A DNA stretch of 64,000 nt from Leptolyngbyaceae cyanobacterium (lineage in GTDB: Bacteria > Cyanobacteriota > Cyanobacteriia > Phormidesmidales > Phormidesmidaceae), in the NCBI GenBank assembly GCA_965263355.1, contig CBDHHL010000032.1, forward strand, positions 3,264,001 through 3,328,000. Reading direction: 5' to 3'. The translations under genes were made by a program, and so were the position numbers. Shown piece after piece: positions 19,514 to 29,907 of the stretch. How positions within the stretch are numbered: position 1 is the first letter of the stretch; each line of letters opens with the position of its first letter. The notes under the pieces were generated by a model that was given only the letters and a program-made list of their open reading frames with translations, was not told the DNA's origin and did no database searches.

Positions 19514-19531
19514 TTTACAAAGCTTTACAAT
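19514..19531. promoter_or_regulatory. HLR1-type (RpaB) direct repeat upstream of desB
   Basis: TTTACAAA-GC-TTTACAAT fits (G/T)TTACA(T/A)(T/A)-N2-(G/T)TTACA(T/A)(T/A). Confidence 0.65.
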
Positions 19532-19731
19532 ACTATATATCGAGCCATGGACGTGAACTCTGGTAAGTGATTCCGGGAAATGTTCTGACAAAAGACCGAG
19601 TCTTTATCAGCATTTCACATAGGTTGGGGCAAATGCATTGTCTGGATTTAAGGACTTTCCGCAAAATACTGCCGCTTTTCCGGGGAATAAGCTGCAAGGG
19701 GGAACGTGAGAGGAGTTGGGGAGAAGAGTGG

Positions 19732-20169
19732 CTATTTATGATAGCTTCCACCTTGTAAGATAGTCTTACTTCGATAAAGTTGTTCTAATAATAATAATTG
19801 TGCCACTTCGTGGGGGAAGGTCATCGCAGATAAGCTTAAAACTTTATCCGCTCGTTGTTTGAGACTATAACTAACCCCGGTTGGGCCACCGATAAAAAAT
19901 ACCAGTGTGCCAGAGGCTGCTTGACCCAACCAATGGCTAAATGTGACTGAGTCAAAGCGTTTTCCATCTTCTGAGAGGACTATTAGTTTGTCGTAGGTTT
20001 TTAGTAGAGCTAAGACTTTAGCTGCTTCAGTTTCTGGGTCTGTATCTTTAATTTCCAAGCACTCTAGCTCAGGTAATCGCTGGATATATGTATTGATACC
20101 ATCTTTAAGCCAGCCTTTTTTAACCTTGCCAACTGCAATGATTTTTACCTTAGGAAAGCTCTGCCCCAT
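19732..20169 (-). CDS. rlmH: 23S rRNA pseudouridine-1915 N3-methyltransferase
   Basis: IIAVGK, FIGGPTG, LSAMTFPHE, EQLYR, GSYHK. Confidence 0.95.
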   Translation of the reverse strand: MGQSFPKVKIIAVGKVKKGWLKDGINTYIQRLPELECLEIKDTDPETEAAKVLALLKTYDKLIVLSEDGKRFDSVTFSHWLGQAASGTLVFFIGGPTGVSYSLKQRADKVLSLSAMTFPHEVAQLLLLEQLYRSKTILQGGSYHK

Positions 20170-20194
20170 GCGTGTTGAGTTGTAAGTTAAATCT

Positions 20195-20791
20195 TTACTC
20201 TACTGGTGTGGAGATAAATTCTGGTAAAGCTTCAGCATTAGCAGAGAATGCTGCTAGCTGGGGATAGTCTGCAGGGGTAATGATATCAGCTGTATATAGC
20301 TGAGTGAATCGCCAGGCAACAGCGCTAGTTATATCCGACTGCATGAGTGGATCGCAGGTGAGACTATCAGCCGCCTGTTCTAGTTGGGCATAGGCGGCAT
20401 GCAGCTGCGTTGTGACTCGATCAAGCCACGGTTGATGCTGTTTCTCAGCTGGACGTAAGGTGCGCTCGTAGACAATTTGTACCGTCTTATCGCAGGCTAC
20501 CAAAGCTAGCCCAATCAGCCTAAGTGCCTCGGGCTGATTGGTGGCGGGCATTAATCTATCGGCTGATATCCCTTCGATATGATGCAGGATCAGTGTGGAG
20601 TCGACCAAAACGGTGCCATCGTCAGTAACCAGGGTAGGGGCTTTGACGATGGGGTTGATCTGGCGAAAGGCATCGAAATCGCTAAACACTGACAGGGGCT
20701 TATGTTCAAACGGAATATTTAGCCGTTTAAGAGATATGGCCACTCGTCTAACGTAAGGCGAATCGAGCATCCCAATCAGCTGCATAGACAT
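20195..20791 (-). CDS. Glutathione S-transferase
   Basis: GMLDSPYVRRV, INPIVKAPTL, DSTLI. Confidence 0.9.
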   Translation of the reverse strand: MSMQLIGMLDSPYVRRVAISLKRLNIPFEHKPLSVFSDFDAFRQINPIVKAPTLVTDDGTVLVDSTLILHHIEGISADRLMPATNQPEALRLIGLALVACDKTVQIVYERTLRPAEKQHQPWLDRVTTQLHAAYAQLEQAADSLTCDPLMQSDITSAVAWRFTQLYTADIITPADYPQLAAFSANAEALPEFISTPVE

Positions 20792-20906
20792 GCCAGGATT
20801 AAGTCAACATTTTTGAGGGTAAAAGACCCCGACGGTTATGGGGTTTACCTGAAATGTTTTGTTAGATATGACTAGTATTACTAATGCCGATTAAGTTAGG
20901 TATGAA

Positions 20907-21515
20907 TTATTGCTGCTGGGTGACATAGTCAATCGCCCATCTAGCAGCGGCAAGACTGATGCGAGCCTGTTCCATGGACGATAGATTATCCCATTCGATG
21001 TCACGTACTGAATTAATCGTGGCATCTAATATTTCTTCTTGACCACGCATGGCATGGGCCAGTGGACGGGCCATTACCTGCAGGTCAGCATCATCCCAGC
21101 CAGTCAGGGTATCGCGAACACAGGCAATTAGCTGTTCGGCCAAGGGGCGACTGGTAGTAACTACTTGAGATGCTTTAGCTGTAATTTGAGCAATGACATC
21201 TTCAGATAGACGACGAGCAAAGCGCTGTGCTAAAGCTATCTCTACGGAAGTGCCGCCCCACAAGGTATCGAGCTTAGCTGACAAGGCTTGCCAACCAAGC
21301 TGGGCTTCCTCATCTGAAAGGGCTAGTTCATCACCAGCGTCAGCGATTTCGGTAAAGTAGTTTGAAGCGTCTGCCGGGGTCCATGGGTAAGGCGTTTGAG
21401 GTGACAGAATTGACTGCAGCATTTCCTGCTGAGCAAGGTTGTCTGTGGATAGGCGTTGCTGAGACGAAGAATTTTTGTGGTTGACCATGGTAGTGTTACC
21501 CTCCCATAAGTTCAT
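20907..21515 (-). CDS. Conserved hypothetical protein (last gene of the ndhM-PP2C-CHAT run)
   Basis: 202-aa ORF with YPW, ARPLAHAMR and EQARISLAAA motifs; co-oriented with the CHAT gene. Confidence 0.75.
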   Translation of the reverse strand: MNLWEGNTTMVNHKNSSSQQRLSTDNLAQQEMLQSILSPQTPYPWTPADASNYFTEIADAGDELALSDEEAQLGWQALSAKLDTLWGGTSVEIALAQRFARRLSEDVIAQITAKASQVVTTSRPLAEQLIACVRDTLTGWDDADLQVMARPLAHAMRGQEEILDATINSVRDIEWDNLSSMEQARISLAAARWAIDYVTQQQ

Positions 21516-21672
21516 TGAGCTGTGACAGGAAGAGGATACAGGCTTACTTCCAATTGTTCCGCATCTAATTGTTGAACTTAAGGCAAACTTACGCTAAAAG
21601 ACGTAAGTTCGTATACCCCAACATCAAACCTCGTTTAAGTGCAAGCTCCTGATATGGCTTAATTAGAGGGCT

Positions 21673-23319
21673 TTAGCTAGGTACGGTAGGTTCTATTATA
21701 AATTCTAGCAAGCAACCATCAGAGCTACCAAATCGCAGCTGTGTACCTGACGATAGGGGAATTTCTTGGCGATGGATTTGCTGCCAACCTTCGGTGCTCA
21801 GATAATAGGTGCCATAACGGGAGAAGTCCCGCAGAAAATAGGTGGGTTCTGTCGGTTCGGATGCGGCTGTGGCCGCACGGCGGTAAAAGATTTCAGCGTG
21901 TTTACTGGACACCCAGGGTTCTCCGATCACCAAATCGTTATCGGGTAGTCTACCCACTCGCATCAAACCTCGGTAAATCGGCCAAACTTTACACTCACCG
22001 CCGATTTCTCTAATGCTAATGCTGTGGGTATGGACTCGTCCCCCAATGCCAGAATCCCCTGGTAAACGGGTAATGTCCGTTGGCATGGGTGTGAGTAGCT
22101 CACCGTCAAAATCGGGGTGCATGTACAGTACCGGCAACGTCCAGGCGGGTTGGTTAAATTTATAAAGGGTGAGTAAATGCTGACGTGCGATCGCAACCGC
22201 TTCATCCACCGGCTTACGCTCAGCCATGGCCTGGGCAAATTTCTGAATAAAGCTGAGGGCTTCTTCATCGGCAATGGAATCTCGCATGGCTAATACTGCC
22301 GGGACCCCATGGTGTAGAAGAACCTCTGCCAAACTGCTACGCGGAATGGCTTGCTGGCCACTACGTTCGGGTTGAGCGCCCCAGCAGGTGTTAAATACAG
22401 CTAGCTTGACCCGACAGCGAGTCAGGACTTGAGCGAGTTCTGTGCCGTTAAGGGTGGCATCGGGCTGCATAAACAATAAGCCACCATCGGGGGCAGGGAT
22501 GCCATGACCTGCATAAAAGAAAACATTGTAGCGATAGCGCTCTAAATGCTTCACCAAGTCTGCTGGAGAGGGCTGTAAAAGCACGTCTACTTGACGAACG
22601 ACTCGTCGGACGGGTCTAGAGTCGTTACGGTTTTCAAGGATACTTTTCAGTAGCTCAGCTTCCTTTTCCAGGCTCAGGGTAGCAGCAGCCCGGTCCTCGG
22701 TCGCAGGGGAATCATCATGACCCACGACCAGTAATATTCTTAAGCCGTTGTCTAAGCCCCAGTCGGCTAGGGGATCGACGTCACTGGTGGTGCGACTGAA
22801 CAAAATCTGCTGATTTAAGGCAACAGCGGGACGACCAGGCTGGGATTGCATGATTTCCCACGGAACGTTAATTAATTCGGGGTCACGTACTTCCAAGCGG
22901 AGTCGCATCACTGTGCTTTGACCCTGGGCAATGCCACAGCTGTGATCCAGGCTGCTCTGGACTGGGCCATCGAACAACCACTGCCAGAGATTCAGGCCCA
23001 GGTGCTGCATTAACCGGCTACTGTAGCTATTGCTCTGGCCAGCATTAGGGGCATCACTGCTATCGTCTAACAGCAGCTGAGGTACATAGGCCGATGGCAC
23101 ATGGGGCACGTGGGGTAAGCCACGCAGGGAAAACATCGACTGCCAGGTTTGCCAGGCTTGGGATAGGGTATGGTTCCAAATTCGGTCGTGATGGACATGA
23201 CCGCTGGGGAAGGGAGACTTTAATACCCAAATAGCATAATGCTCAGGATCAGCTGCGGTCAGTCGATCTAAGGCAAGCCATAGACAAAGTGACTCTGAAG
23301 ATGACATTGAAACGGTCAT
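21673..23319 (-). CDS. CHAT (caspase-like) domain + C-terminal FHA domain protein
   Basis: VPWE, FYAGHG (His), VFNTCWG (Cys), WTLPVLY; FHA motifs VGR..DNDL, VSSKHA, DFSRYGT. Confidence 0.88.
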   Translation of the reverse strand: MTVSMSSSESLCLWLALDRLTAADPEHYAIWVLKSPFPSGHVHHDRIWNHTLSQAWQTWQSMFSLRGLPHVPHVPSAYVPQLLLDDSSDAPNAGQSNSYSSRLMQHLGLNLWQWLFDGPVQSSLDHSCGIAQGQSTVMRLRLEVRDPELINVPWEIMQSQPGRPAVALNQQILFSRTTSDVDPLADWGLDNGLRILLVVGHDDSPATEDRAAATLSLEKEAELLKSILENRNDSRPVRRVVRQVDVLLQPSPADLVKHLERYRYNVFFYAGHGIPAPDGGLLFMQPDATLNGTELAQVLTRCRVKLAVFNTCWGAQPERSGQQAIPRSSLAEVLLHHGVPAVLAMRDSIADEEALSFIQKFAQAMAERKPVDEAVAIARQHLLTLYKFNQPAWTLPVLYMHPDFDGELLTPMPTDITRLPGDSGIGGRVHTHSISIREIGGECKVWPIYRGLMRVGRLPDNDLVIGEPWVSSKHAEIFYRRAATAASEPTEPTYFLRDFSRYGTYYLSTEGWQQIHRQEIPLSSGTQLRFGSSDGCLLEFIIEPTVPS

Positions 23320-23353
23320 AAACGTTCTGTCACAGTAGAAAGACAATACACAC

Positions 23354-25651
23354 TTACTCAGATGTGCAGTTAAGGATGTCAGTGTCAAGGGCAACTTCTG
23401 CTAGCTGGGCCTCAAGTACCCAGCCCGTCGCCCCAGACTTTAGTGATGGTAACTCCGGTGTTGTGACAGTAGCATCTGAGATGGTTGGGTCTAAATCAAC
23501 AGTGGGTGGCGATTCAGGTTTATCGATGTTGCTAGAACTTGGGCTGCTAGGCTGGCTTGTGGGTGATAAAGTGCAGATCTTTAATTTTACCCAACGGGAC
23601 TGTTCAGCCGCTAGCTCTTGGCGAGTCAGAACCTGAACAATCGTGCCAGTGGGTAATTGGCCCAGATTGTTGGCGGCGTCCTCTGCGCTTTGGGGTGCAT
23701 TTAGAAGATCCACCGGTTGACTCAACTGCAAATAGCTCCTTGGGGCGAGCAGCGGACTTGCCAAGTGACTGTCGTTGATGCCTACCGCCTCAATTTCTTG
23801 ATCGATTTTATCTTGAATAGTTTCAGGGGGCGAGGGCGTTTTGTTAGGGGAGAATGCGATCGGTGAATTTCTAAAAAACACCATAGTTAGCGATGTTGCG
23901 GTACCTAAAAGTCCGACTAATCCCAATAGCCAGAGCCAGAGAGTTGCCGTTTTCTTGGGTGAGATAGAGGGCGTGGCAATGGACTCTCTGGGAACGATGG
24001 TTGGTCGGGATAATACCGTTGCTTGGGTGTTGGTAGGCCCAGGGACGTATTGCTCGGGGATGGGAGGAGGTACCGTTGGCGGTTTGCCTGATTGCAGATG
24101 TCCTGTAATCAGGCCGACGGTGACATTGTCATGTCCGTTATAGGTATTGGCGAGCTGGATCAGGCTAGTAGCCGCTGTAGCTGGTTTGGATTGCCCTTTG
24201 AGCAGCGGCAATAGATGACTTGGCCAATATTGCTCGACGCGATCATAGTCGCTTAACCCATCGGAACATAGAAGTAACACGATGTCATCATCAAGAATCA
24301 ATCGCTCAATGGTGACATGCAGTGCCGTTGAGTGGCTCATGCCCAAGGCCTGAATCAAGGCTCCGGTGCCTGATCGATGGACTACATCGGCGTAGAATCC
24401 ATAGCCTAAGCGGACTTCACGAGCAGCGACGTCATCGTCAAATGTAATTTGACGACAGCTGTTGGGGCTGATGTGATAAGCGCGGCTATCGCCTACGTGG
24501 GCAATGTATATGTGGACCCCGATAACTAGAGCCATAACCAGGGTGGTACCCATGCGATCGCGGGCCTGTCGATGGCCCTGATCATTGTGTTGGGAGATAT
24601 TGTCATTGGCCACACTGATGGCTTGTTCGATGGCCAGGGTGATAGCGATCGGATCGGCTTGTGGTTGATGAGATAGCTGCTCTAGCAGTGGCGATAGCTG
24701 CTGCCCGATGGTTGAGATCGCAAGCTGACTAGCCACATCTCCCCCTTCGTGACCACCGATGCCATCACAAACTAAGAGCAATAGCGGTCGCTGCTCTCGA
24801 GGCTTGGCCTGAGGACCGAGAGCATGGGTTTGAACGGTCCCACTCGTGGGATAGCAAGCATCTTCATTGCGTTTACGGCTAGGGCCTTGGTCGGTCATAA
24901 CTGCCAAGCCATAGGTGGCCTGGTAGCCGGTAGCGGTAGTGGCAATGGCCTGGTCCAGACAAGCAACTAAGACCTCGGCAGTGGCAATCTCCCCCTGGAT
25001 TAGCTGGGTACAAAGGCGTTCTAAAAAATCACAAATAGATGGCTTGGCCTGGGGAATCAAGGTTTGCCAGAAAGTCCCTAAGTCTCTGAGAGTAGGAGGC
25101 TGAACATCAATTACGAGTTCTAATAAACGGATGAGTGAGCCGTGTACTCGTAATTGATGGTTTGAGAGCAAACTGCTTGCCACCTGCTGACCCATAAAAT
25201 CTGACCATAGCCCTGCTATTTGCCAAAGCCAGTTGAGTTGTCTTAAGGGAGATGCTTTTGGCCATACTTCTTTCAAAGATGGCAATAGCGTTGGCTTGCG
25301 ATTGCCAACGCTGGCAATTGCAGCTGTATCTAACAATAGGGTTTCATGGCCTGTGTCAGAATTCAGCAGGGCATAAGGTTGGGGGACATGGAGCCCATGG
25401 GTAGCCAGCATCAAATAGGGCCAGATATGGGTGGGTACCGGTTCTGGTGATGCTGGTGGTATCCCAGGCTCAGTGTCTAGGACGATCTGCTGATGTAGCC
25501 AAACATATCGCTTATCCAGATAGTCAGGCGCAAACTCTCCTGACCCGACTGCCCAAAGATAGCGGTGGGGTATATAGGTCTGACAGGAGGTACATTCTTG
25601 AGTACCTTCTGGGTTAATGGCCTGACATTCAGGATTAGGACACTTAATCAC
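23354..25651 (-). CDS. Membrane-anchored PP2C Ser/Thr phosphatase with N-terminal Zn ribbon (PrpJ-like)
   Basis: [43 protein letters not shown] helix after the catalytic domain. Confidence 0.88.
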   Translation of the reverse strand: MIKCPNPECQAINPEGTQECTSCQTYIPHRYLWAVGSGEFAPDYLDKRYVWLHQQIVLDTEPGIPPASPEPVPTHIWPYLMLATHGLHVPQPYALLNSDTGHETLLLDTAAIASVGNRKPTLLPSLKEVWPKASPLRQLNWLWQIAGLWSDFMGQQVASSLLSNHQLRVHGSLIRLLELVIDVQPPTLRDLGTFWQTLIPQAKPSICDFLERLCTQLIQGEIATAEVLVACLDQAIATTATGYQATYGLAVMTDQGPSRKRNEDACYPTSGTVQTHALGPQAKPREQRPLLLLVCDGIGGHEGGDVASQLAISTIGQQLSPLLEQLSHQPQADPIAITLAIEQAISVANDNISQHNDQGHRQARDRMGTTLVMALVIGVHIYIAHVGDSRAYHISPNSCRQITFDDDVAAREVRLGYGFYADVVHRSGTGALIQALGMSHSTALHVTIERLILDDDIVLLLCSDGLSDYDRVEQYWPSHLLPLLKGQSKPATAATSLIQLANTYNGHDNVTVGLITGHLQSGKPPTVPPPIPEQYVPGPTNTQATVLSRPTIVPRESIATPSISPKKTATLWLWLLGLVGLLGTATSLTMVFFRNSPIAFSPNKTPSPPETIQDKIDQEIEAVGINDSHLASPLLAPRSYLQLSQPVDLLNAPQSAEDAANNLGQLPTGTIVQVLTRQELAAEQSRWVKLKICTLSPTSQPSSPSSSNIDKPESPPTVDLDPTISDATVTTPELPSLKSGATGWVLEAQLAEVALDTDILNCTSE

Positions 25652-25985
25652 TCTCAGATACCACGCGGGGTAAGCCCATACTATAGTTGAGCACCCGGCT
25701 TCTCAGGTTGTAACTGATCTGTCCTGATTGCAGTAACGTTCTGACAAAGTGCTCTAGGTCAGAGCCAATGCGACGTAGGTTGTAATCTGTCAAAGCTTCT
25801 CCTGCAGCCGCTGCAACTAATCGCTCAAATTCTTTATAAACCTGCTGCAGCGCATCATCAGACCAATTAAACTCATTATCCGGATCAATATCCAAGGTGA
25901 GTTTGTTGTCGCTAGGCACTAGTTCATTGTTCTCAATGTCTGCCGCAAAGATATGGATATGGCGTGTGGTGGACTTGAGCAGCAT
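25644..25985 (-). CDS. ndhM: NAD(P)H-quinone oxidoreductase subunit M
   Basis: [42 protein letters not shown]. Confidence 0.95.
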   Translation of the reverse strand: MLLKSTTRHIHIFAADIENNELVPSDNKLTLDIDPDNEFNWSDDALQQVYKEFERLVAAAAGEALTDYNLRRIGSDLEHFVRTLLQSGQISYNLRSRVLNYSMGLPRVVSESD

Positions 25986-26122
25986 AGATTGGTTCTTTAT
26001 TTAAGACGCTTATATTGTAAACGTTTCCTCGTAACCCCTTGACCGGCTAATGTTTAGCTTTGTTAGCAATTTTACGAGGCTGCGCTGCGCCAATGTTGCG
26101 TCAAGCTTAGCAATTTGGGGCA

Positions 26123-26779
26123 ATGGCAAACTATTTAAAGTTAATGCTGATTCGTCATGGTGAGTCTGTGGGCAATGCAGCTGGCCGTTTTGAAGGGCAG
26201 ATGTCTACGCCCCTATCTGTGAAAGGGCAATGGCAGGCATCGCAGCTGGCGAACTACTTGCAGGCGCAGGGTTCGCCAACGTGTCTATATAGCAGCCCGT
26301 TACGACGAGCGGTGGAAACAGCAAACTATCTGATGCCGATCACTGGGGGCGAGTTGCAGCTAGAGTCGGCGTTACAAGAACTACACCAGGGAATTTTTCA
26401 GGGACTGACCTGGTCGGAAGCTAATCAGCAATATCCCCACATTTGTGCAGCCTTACTATCTACCCTTGACTATCAGCCTATTCCCGGCGCAGAGACTTTG
26501 ATGGCGGCACATCGGCGAGCGTTAGTTTGGTGTCACACTCTGTGGCAGCGCCATACCCCTGGTGATTTGATTTGGATGGTTACCCACAGTGGGTTTATGC
26601 AGCAGTTGATTAGTGTGCTTTTAGGCTGCGATCGCAGCTGGCAAATTCCTATCGGTCATACCGCTTTGTTTGAATTTTGGTTACTCAAGCCAACCCCCAC
26701 CAGTCAGAGCCAACATAATCCGGAACACTGGAAAATTATTAGATTTAACGAAACCCCTCACTTAGATCATCCAACTTAA
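26123..26779 (+). CDS. Histidine phosphatase family protein
   Basis: LIRHGES, SSPLRRA.ETA, VTHSG. Confidence 0.9.
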   Translation: MANYLKLMLIRHGESVGNAAGRFEGQMSTPLSVKGQWQASQLANYLQAQGSPTCLYSSPLRRAVETANYLMPITGGELQLESALQELHQGIFQGLTWSEANQQYPHICAALLSTLDYQPIPGAETLMAAHRRALVWCHTLWQRHTPGDLIWMVTHSGFMQQLISVLLGCDRSWQIPIGHTALFEFWLLKPTPTSQSQHNPEHWKIIRFNETPHLDHPT

Positions 26780-26978
26780 GTAGTGAAGGTGTTCTAAGTA
26801 TTTCAAGATATCGTCAAATACACGGAACTTTGAAGTAAATGAGAAGATTACTACGTTTTTGAGGTACCCTTGATTCCCAAGCCCTTGGAACATCTTGAGT
26901 AATCGGATGTCAATTCTAACCGGGCATTTTCTACCAATCTGGGATGATTGCAGTGATAGTCTCTTGGAGACTGTTTCA

Positions 26979-27839
26979 ATGTCTACGACTACACTTACTG
27001 ACGTTAATGACGTTTTTGGGCAAGCCCAAGATGGCAGCGTAGCAGCCATTATTCAAATTCTTAACGAGCGTTTTGCAGACAATGGCATCCGTACCCGTGC
27101 TGTGTTTGCTAATAATATGCTGCATTTACTGTGTGAAGCCTCTACGAGTGAGCAGCTTGAGAAAACCACAGTGGTTGAGAAAATTCGTACTATTCTTGAA
27201 ACCATTGCCCCGAGGCGTATTCGTCGTGTCAAGATCAATTGCCGTCTGGTGCAAGAGCAGCAGCTATTATGGTTTGAGGAAATTAATCGCGATCCGGACA
27301 GCCAACTTTTGTGGGCAGAAATGATTACGCTGCGGCAGCCTCCTTGGCTTAAGCGTACCCTCCGTGATCTCAAACGTCCCAAGCTACGAGTGGATATGCC
27401 TGAAGGAGCGTCTAAGTCTGATCTCCGTCATCGGAATAAGTCATTTCTAAATAATGTGATTGGCGGTCTATCGGTGGCCTTACTGTTACTGGGTATCAGT
27501 ATTTGGGCTTACAAACGTTTTATCGTAACGGTTCCTACGGTTACGAATGCCACCGAACAGCGGCCTGTGCAGCCAGTAGCTGGTCAATTGCCACTGCCCG
27601 AATCCTATGATTCTTTTGCGCGGGCTGTTCGTATTGCTGAGCAATCCGCTAAAGATGGTTCAACGGCTGAGACCTCGTCTGACTGGCTAACATTAGCTGC
27701 CCGATGGCAGCAAGCCTCTGATCTCATGGCTGAAGTGCCATCGTCAGACGAGCGTTACCAAATTGCTCAGGACCGCGTTAATGCCTATAAATCTAATAGC
27801 GAGAGCTTGTTACAAAAAGCCCGTCAGGTTGCTGAATAA
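26979..27839 (+). CDS. Hypothetical bitopic membrane protein
   Basis: AQDGSVAAI N-terminal domain, single TM, helical C-terminal domain (WQQASDLM..VP). Confidence 0.75.
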   Translation: MSTTTLTDVNDVFGQAQDGSVAAIIQILNERFADNGIRTRAVFANNMLHLLCEASTSEQLEKTTVVEKIRTILETIAPRRIRRVKINCRLVQEQQLLWFEEINRDPDSQLLWAEMITLRQPPWLKRTLRDLKRPKLRVDMPEGASKSDLRHRNKSFLNNVIGGLSVALLLLGISIWAYKRFIVTVPTVTNATEQRPVQPVAGQLPLPESYDSFARAVRIAEQSAKDGSTAETSSDWLTLAARWQQASDLMAEVPSSDERYQIAQDRVNAYKSNSESLLQKARQVAE

Positions 27840-27923
27840 ACCATGTCCAAGTTGAAACCGGTAGGTGCTGCACTGGCAAAATGACTATTCTGGCTACGGA
27901 CAAGGTTTAATTGGGGGTTGGTA

Positions 27924-29612
27924 TTACTCAATGCTGACGCCTTTAAATGTCGTTGCCTTCGGTCTGGCTGACACGGGTGCGGCTTTAATTTGCTGAGTGC
28001 GGAGGCGATGCTTTTGGAAATATCCTTGCCATTCTTCAGGCGCATTCAGGGTTTCGCCACCATGTTGGGTAATGCGTTTACGCACCTGGCAAAGGACAGG
28101 TGTATTCACACAGGCCCCAGCAATGATTACCTGGCCTTTAGTGAGCGCCGGTTTCAGCAAATCCCGTCCGGCAGCTTCAACCCCATATTTCAGGCTTTCT
28201 TGATCGACTGGATTGACAATGCGCATGAGAAACTGGCTCATGCACTGGGAGAGGACATCCGAATCAAGCTTACCGGGGCGTTGGGTAATTAAGCCTACCC
28301 CCAAGCCAAACTTACGTCCTTCGCTCAAAATGGTACGTAATACAGCTTTACACCGAGAGGGTTCCTTGGCTGGCGCAAATCGATGGGCTTCTTCAATCAG
28401 CACAAATACTGGAAACGGTAGATAATTCTCATCTCCTTCCTCGATTTTGTCACGGGCAGTGTTGATGCGGGCGTGGTAGCTTTGACGCAGCACCGCTGCA
28501 CAGATGACTTGTTGTTCCTCCTGGCTGATTTCGTTCATTTGTAAAACGGTGACTTGCCCTGGCTCAAATAGATCCCGTGGAGCCATGTGGTTGACCTGGT
28601 GAAAATAGGGCGAACGGGCCAGGCGGTCGAGTTTCCATTCCAGGGCTGGGGCCGATGATCCCACCTTGTCATTACCGTCATCGTCAGCGGTGGTGTCGGC
28701 TTCATAAACCGCAGCAATCAGGTCATTGACATTCCAACGGTAGTCTCCCCGCTTATGTTTACCTAAGATAGTAAATCCTTTATTGAGGATGGACTGCTGA
28801 CGATCGCTCATCTCGGGCAGCAGGGTGAGAATGTCGTAGTAGTCTAAGGACGACATGCGAATCTGAATATCATCAGGGGTGAGGATTTGCACCTTGGGGG
28901 CATAGCCATCACTGGCATGGAAGGCTGAATGTCCGCGCATTTCTGCCAGGGTGTTGTATTCCCCATGGGGGTCAAAGATTAAAACAGCTGCCCGGTTGTA
29001 GGGTTGTAAAAATTCTTCGATCAGGACGCCTGCTGTATAGCTTTTGCCAGAGCCAGTACCAGCCAGAATGGCCATATGGGTACTGACAATTTCTTTGACA
29101 TCGAGCGCAACGGGGACATGACCCCCAGTCCGTAAAAGCAGCGAGCCAATTTGAGCAGAGCCGACATCGCCTGGCTGTTTTTTATTGACTACTTGTTGTA
29201 AACGCTCATCGGATGCGATCGCAACTTTGGCACCTGGATCGGGGGTGATGCGAGGGTTGATAAACCCTAACGCGGAGTGAAAGTAACCAATCACATCCAC
29301 TGTGACTTCATAAATTTCTGGATTGGGATAAGCAAAGCCGATCAATGATGCGATCGTATCAGGACTAATTTGTGTGTCAGCAAAGATGCGGTCCGGTAGA
29401 TGATCGATTAAGCGTCGGTCAGAGATTTTCCCTAAAATCTCCCATGTATTACCGTCGGGGGCATCGACCTGGTAAAAGACAAATTCGCCAATTTTGACCC
29501 GCTTGTTATCAGTGGTAATGAATATATATTGGTTGCCATCTTCCCCAGGCCCTTTGACTGTGCCAATAATCGGGTTGCTAATATCTGAATCTGTCTGAGT
29601 GGATGGAGGCAT
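27924..29612 (-). CDS. HerA/FtsK-superfamily ATPase (DUF87, HAS-barrel N-terminus)
   Basis: Walker A AGTGSGKS, FDPHGEY, Walker B IEEAHRF, EGRKFG, TQRP. Confidence 0.9.
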   Translation of the reverse strand: MPPSTQTDSDISNPIIGTVKGPGEDGNQYIFITTDNKRVKIGEFVFYQVDAPDGNTWEILGKISDRRLIDHLPDRIFADTQISPDTIASLIGFAYPNPEIYEVTVDVIGYFHSALGFINPRITPDPGAKVAIASDERLQQVVNKKQPGDVGSAQIGSLLLRTGGHVPVALDVKEIVSTHMAILAGTGSGKSYTAGVLIEEFLQPYNRAAVLIFDPHGEYNTLAEMRGHSAFHASDGYAPKVQILTPDDIQIRMSSLDYYDILTLLPEMSDRQQSILNKGFTILGKHKRGDYRWNVNDLIAAVYEADTTADDDGNDKVGSSAPALEWKLDRLARSPYFHQVNHMAPRDLFEPGQVTVLQMNEISQEEQQVICAAVLRQSYHARINTARDKIEEGDENYLPFPVFVLIEEAHRFAPAKEPSRCKAVLRTILSEGRKFGLGVGLITQRPGKLDSDVLSQCMSQFLMRIVNPVDQESLKYGVEAAGRDLLKPALTKGQVIIAGACVNTPVLCQVRKRITQHGGETLNAPEEWQGYFQKHRLRTQQIKAAPVSARPKATTFKGVSIE

Positions 29613-29907
29613 AGCGGTGCGATCTCGTCAGCGTTAACCCTGGTCCACGTCCAGAACTGCAGTTTTGCCATAGAGGAAACTCCAGGTTTCAACTTGGACG
29701 TGGTTTAACTGGCTATTTGGCAAACCAATTTTACCCACTATAGTAAACCTGTATTGCTGGAAAGCAACCGCATCTTTAGTATGATATCTGCAGCAATGTC
29801 CTGAAATGGGCTGCAATCAATGGTAAGAAAGGGAGAACGGCCTCGAAACAAGACAAGCCTGTACGACGGCACGCTCTCCATGGGGGACATGGAGAATGAC
29901 GTATAGA

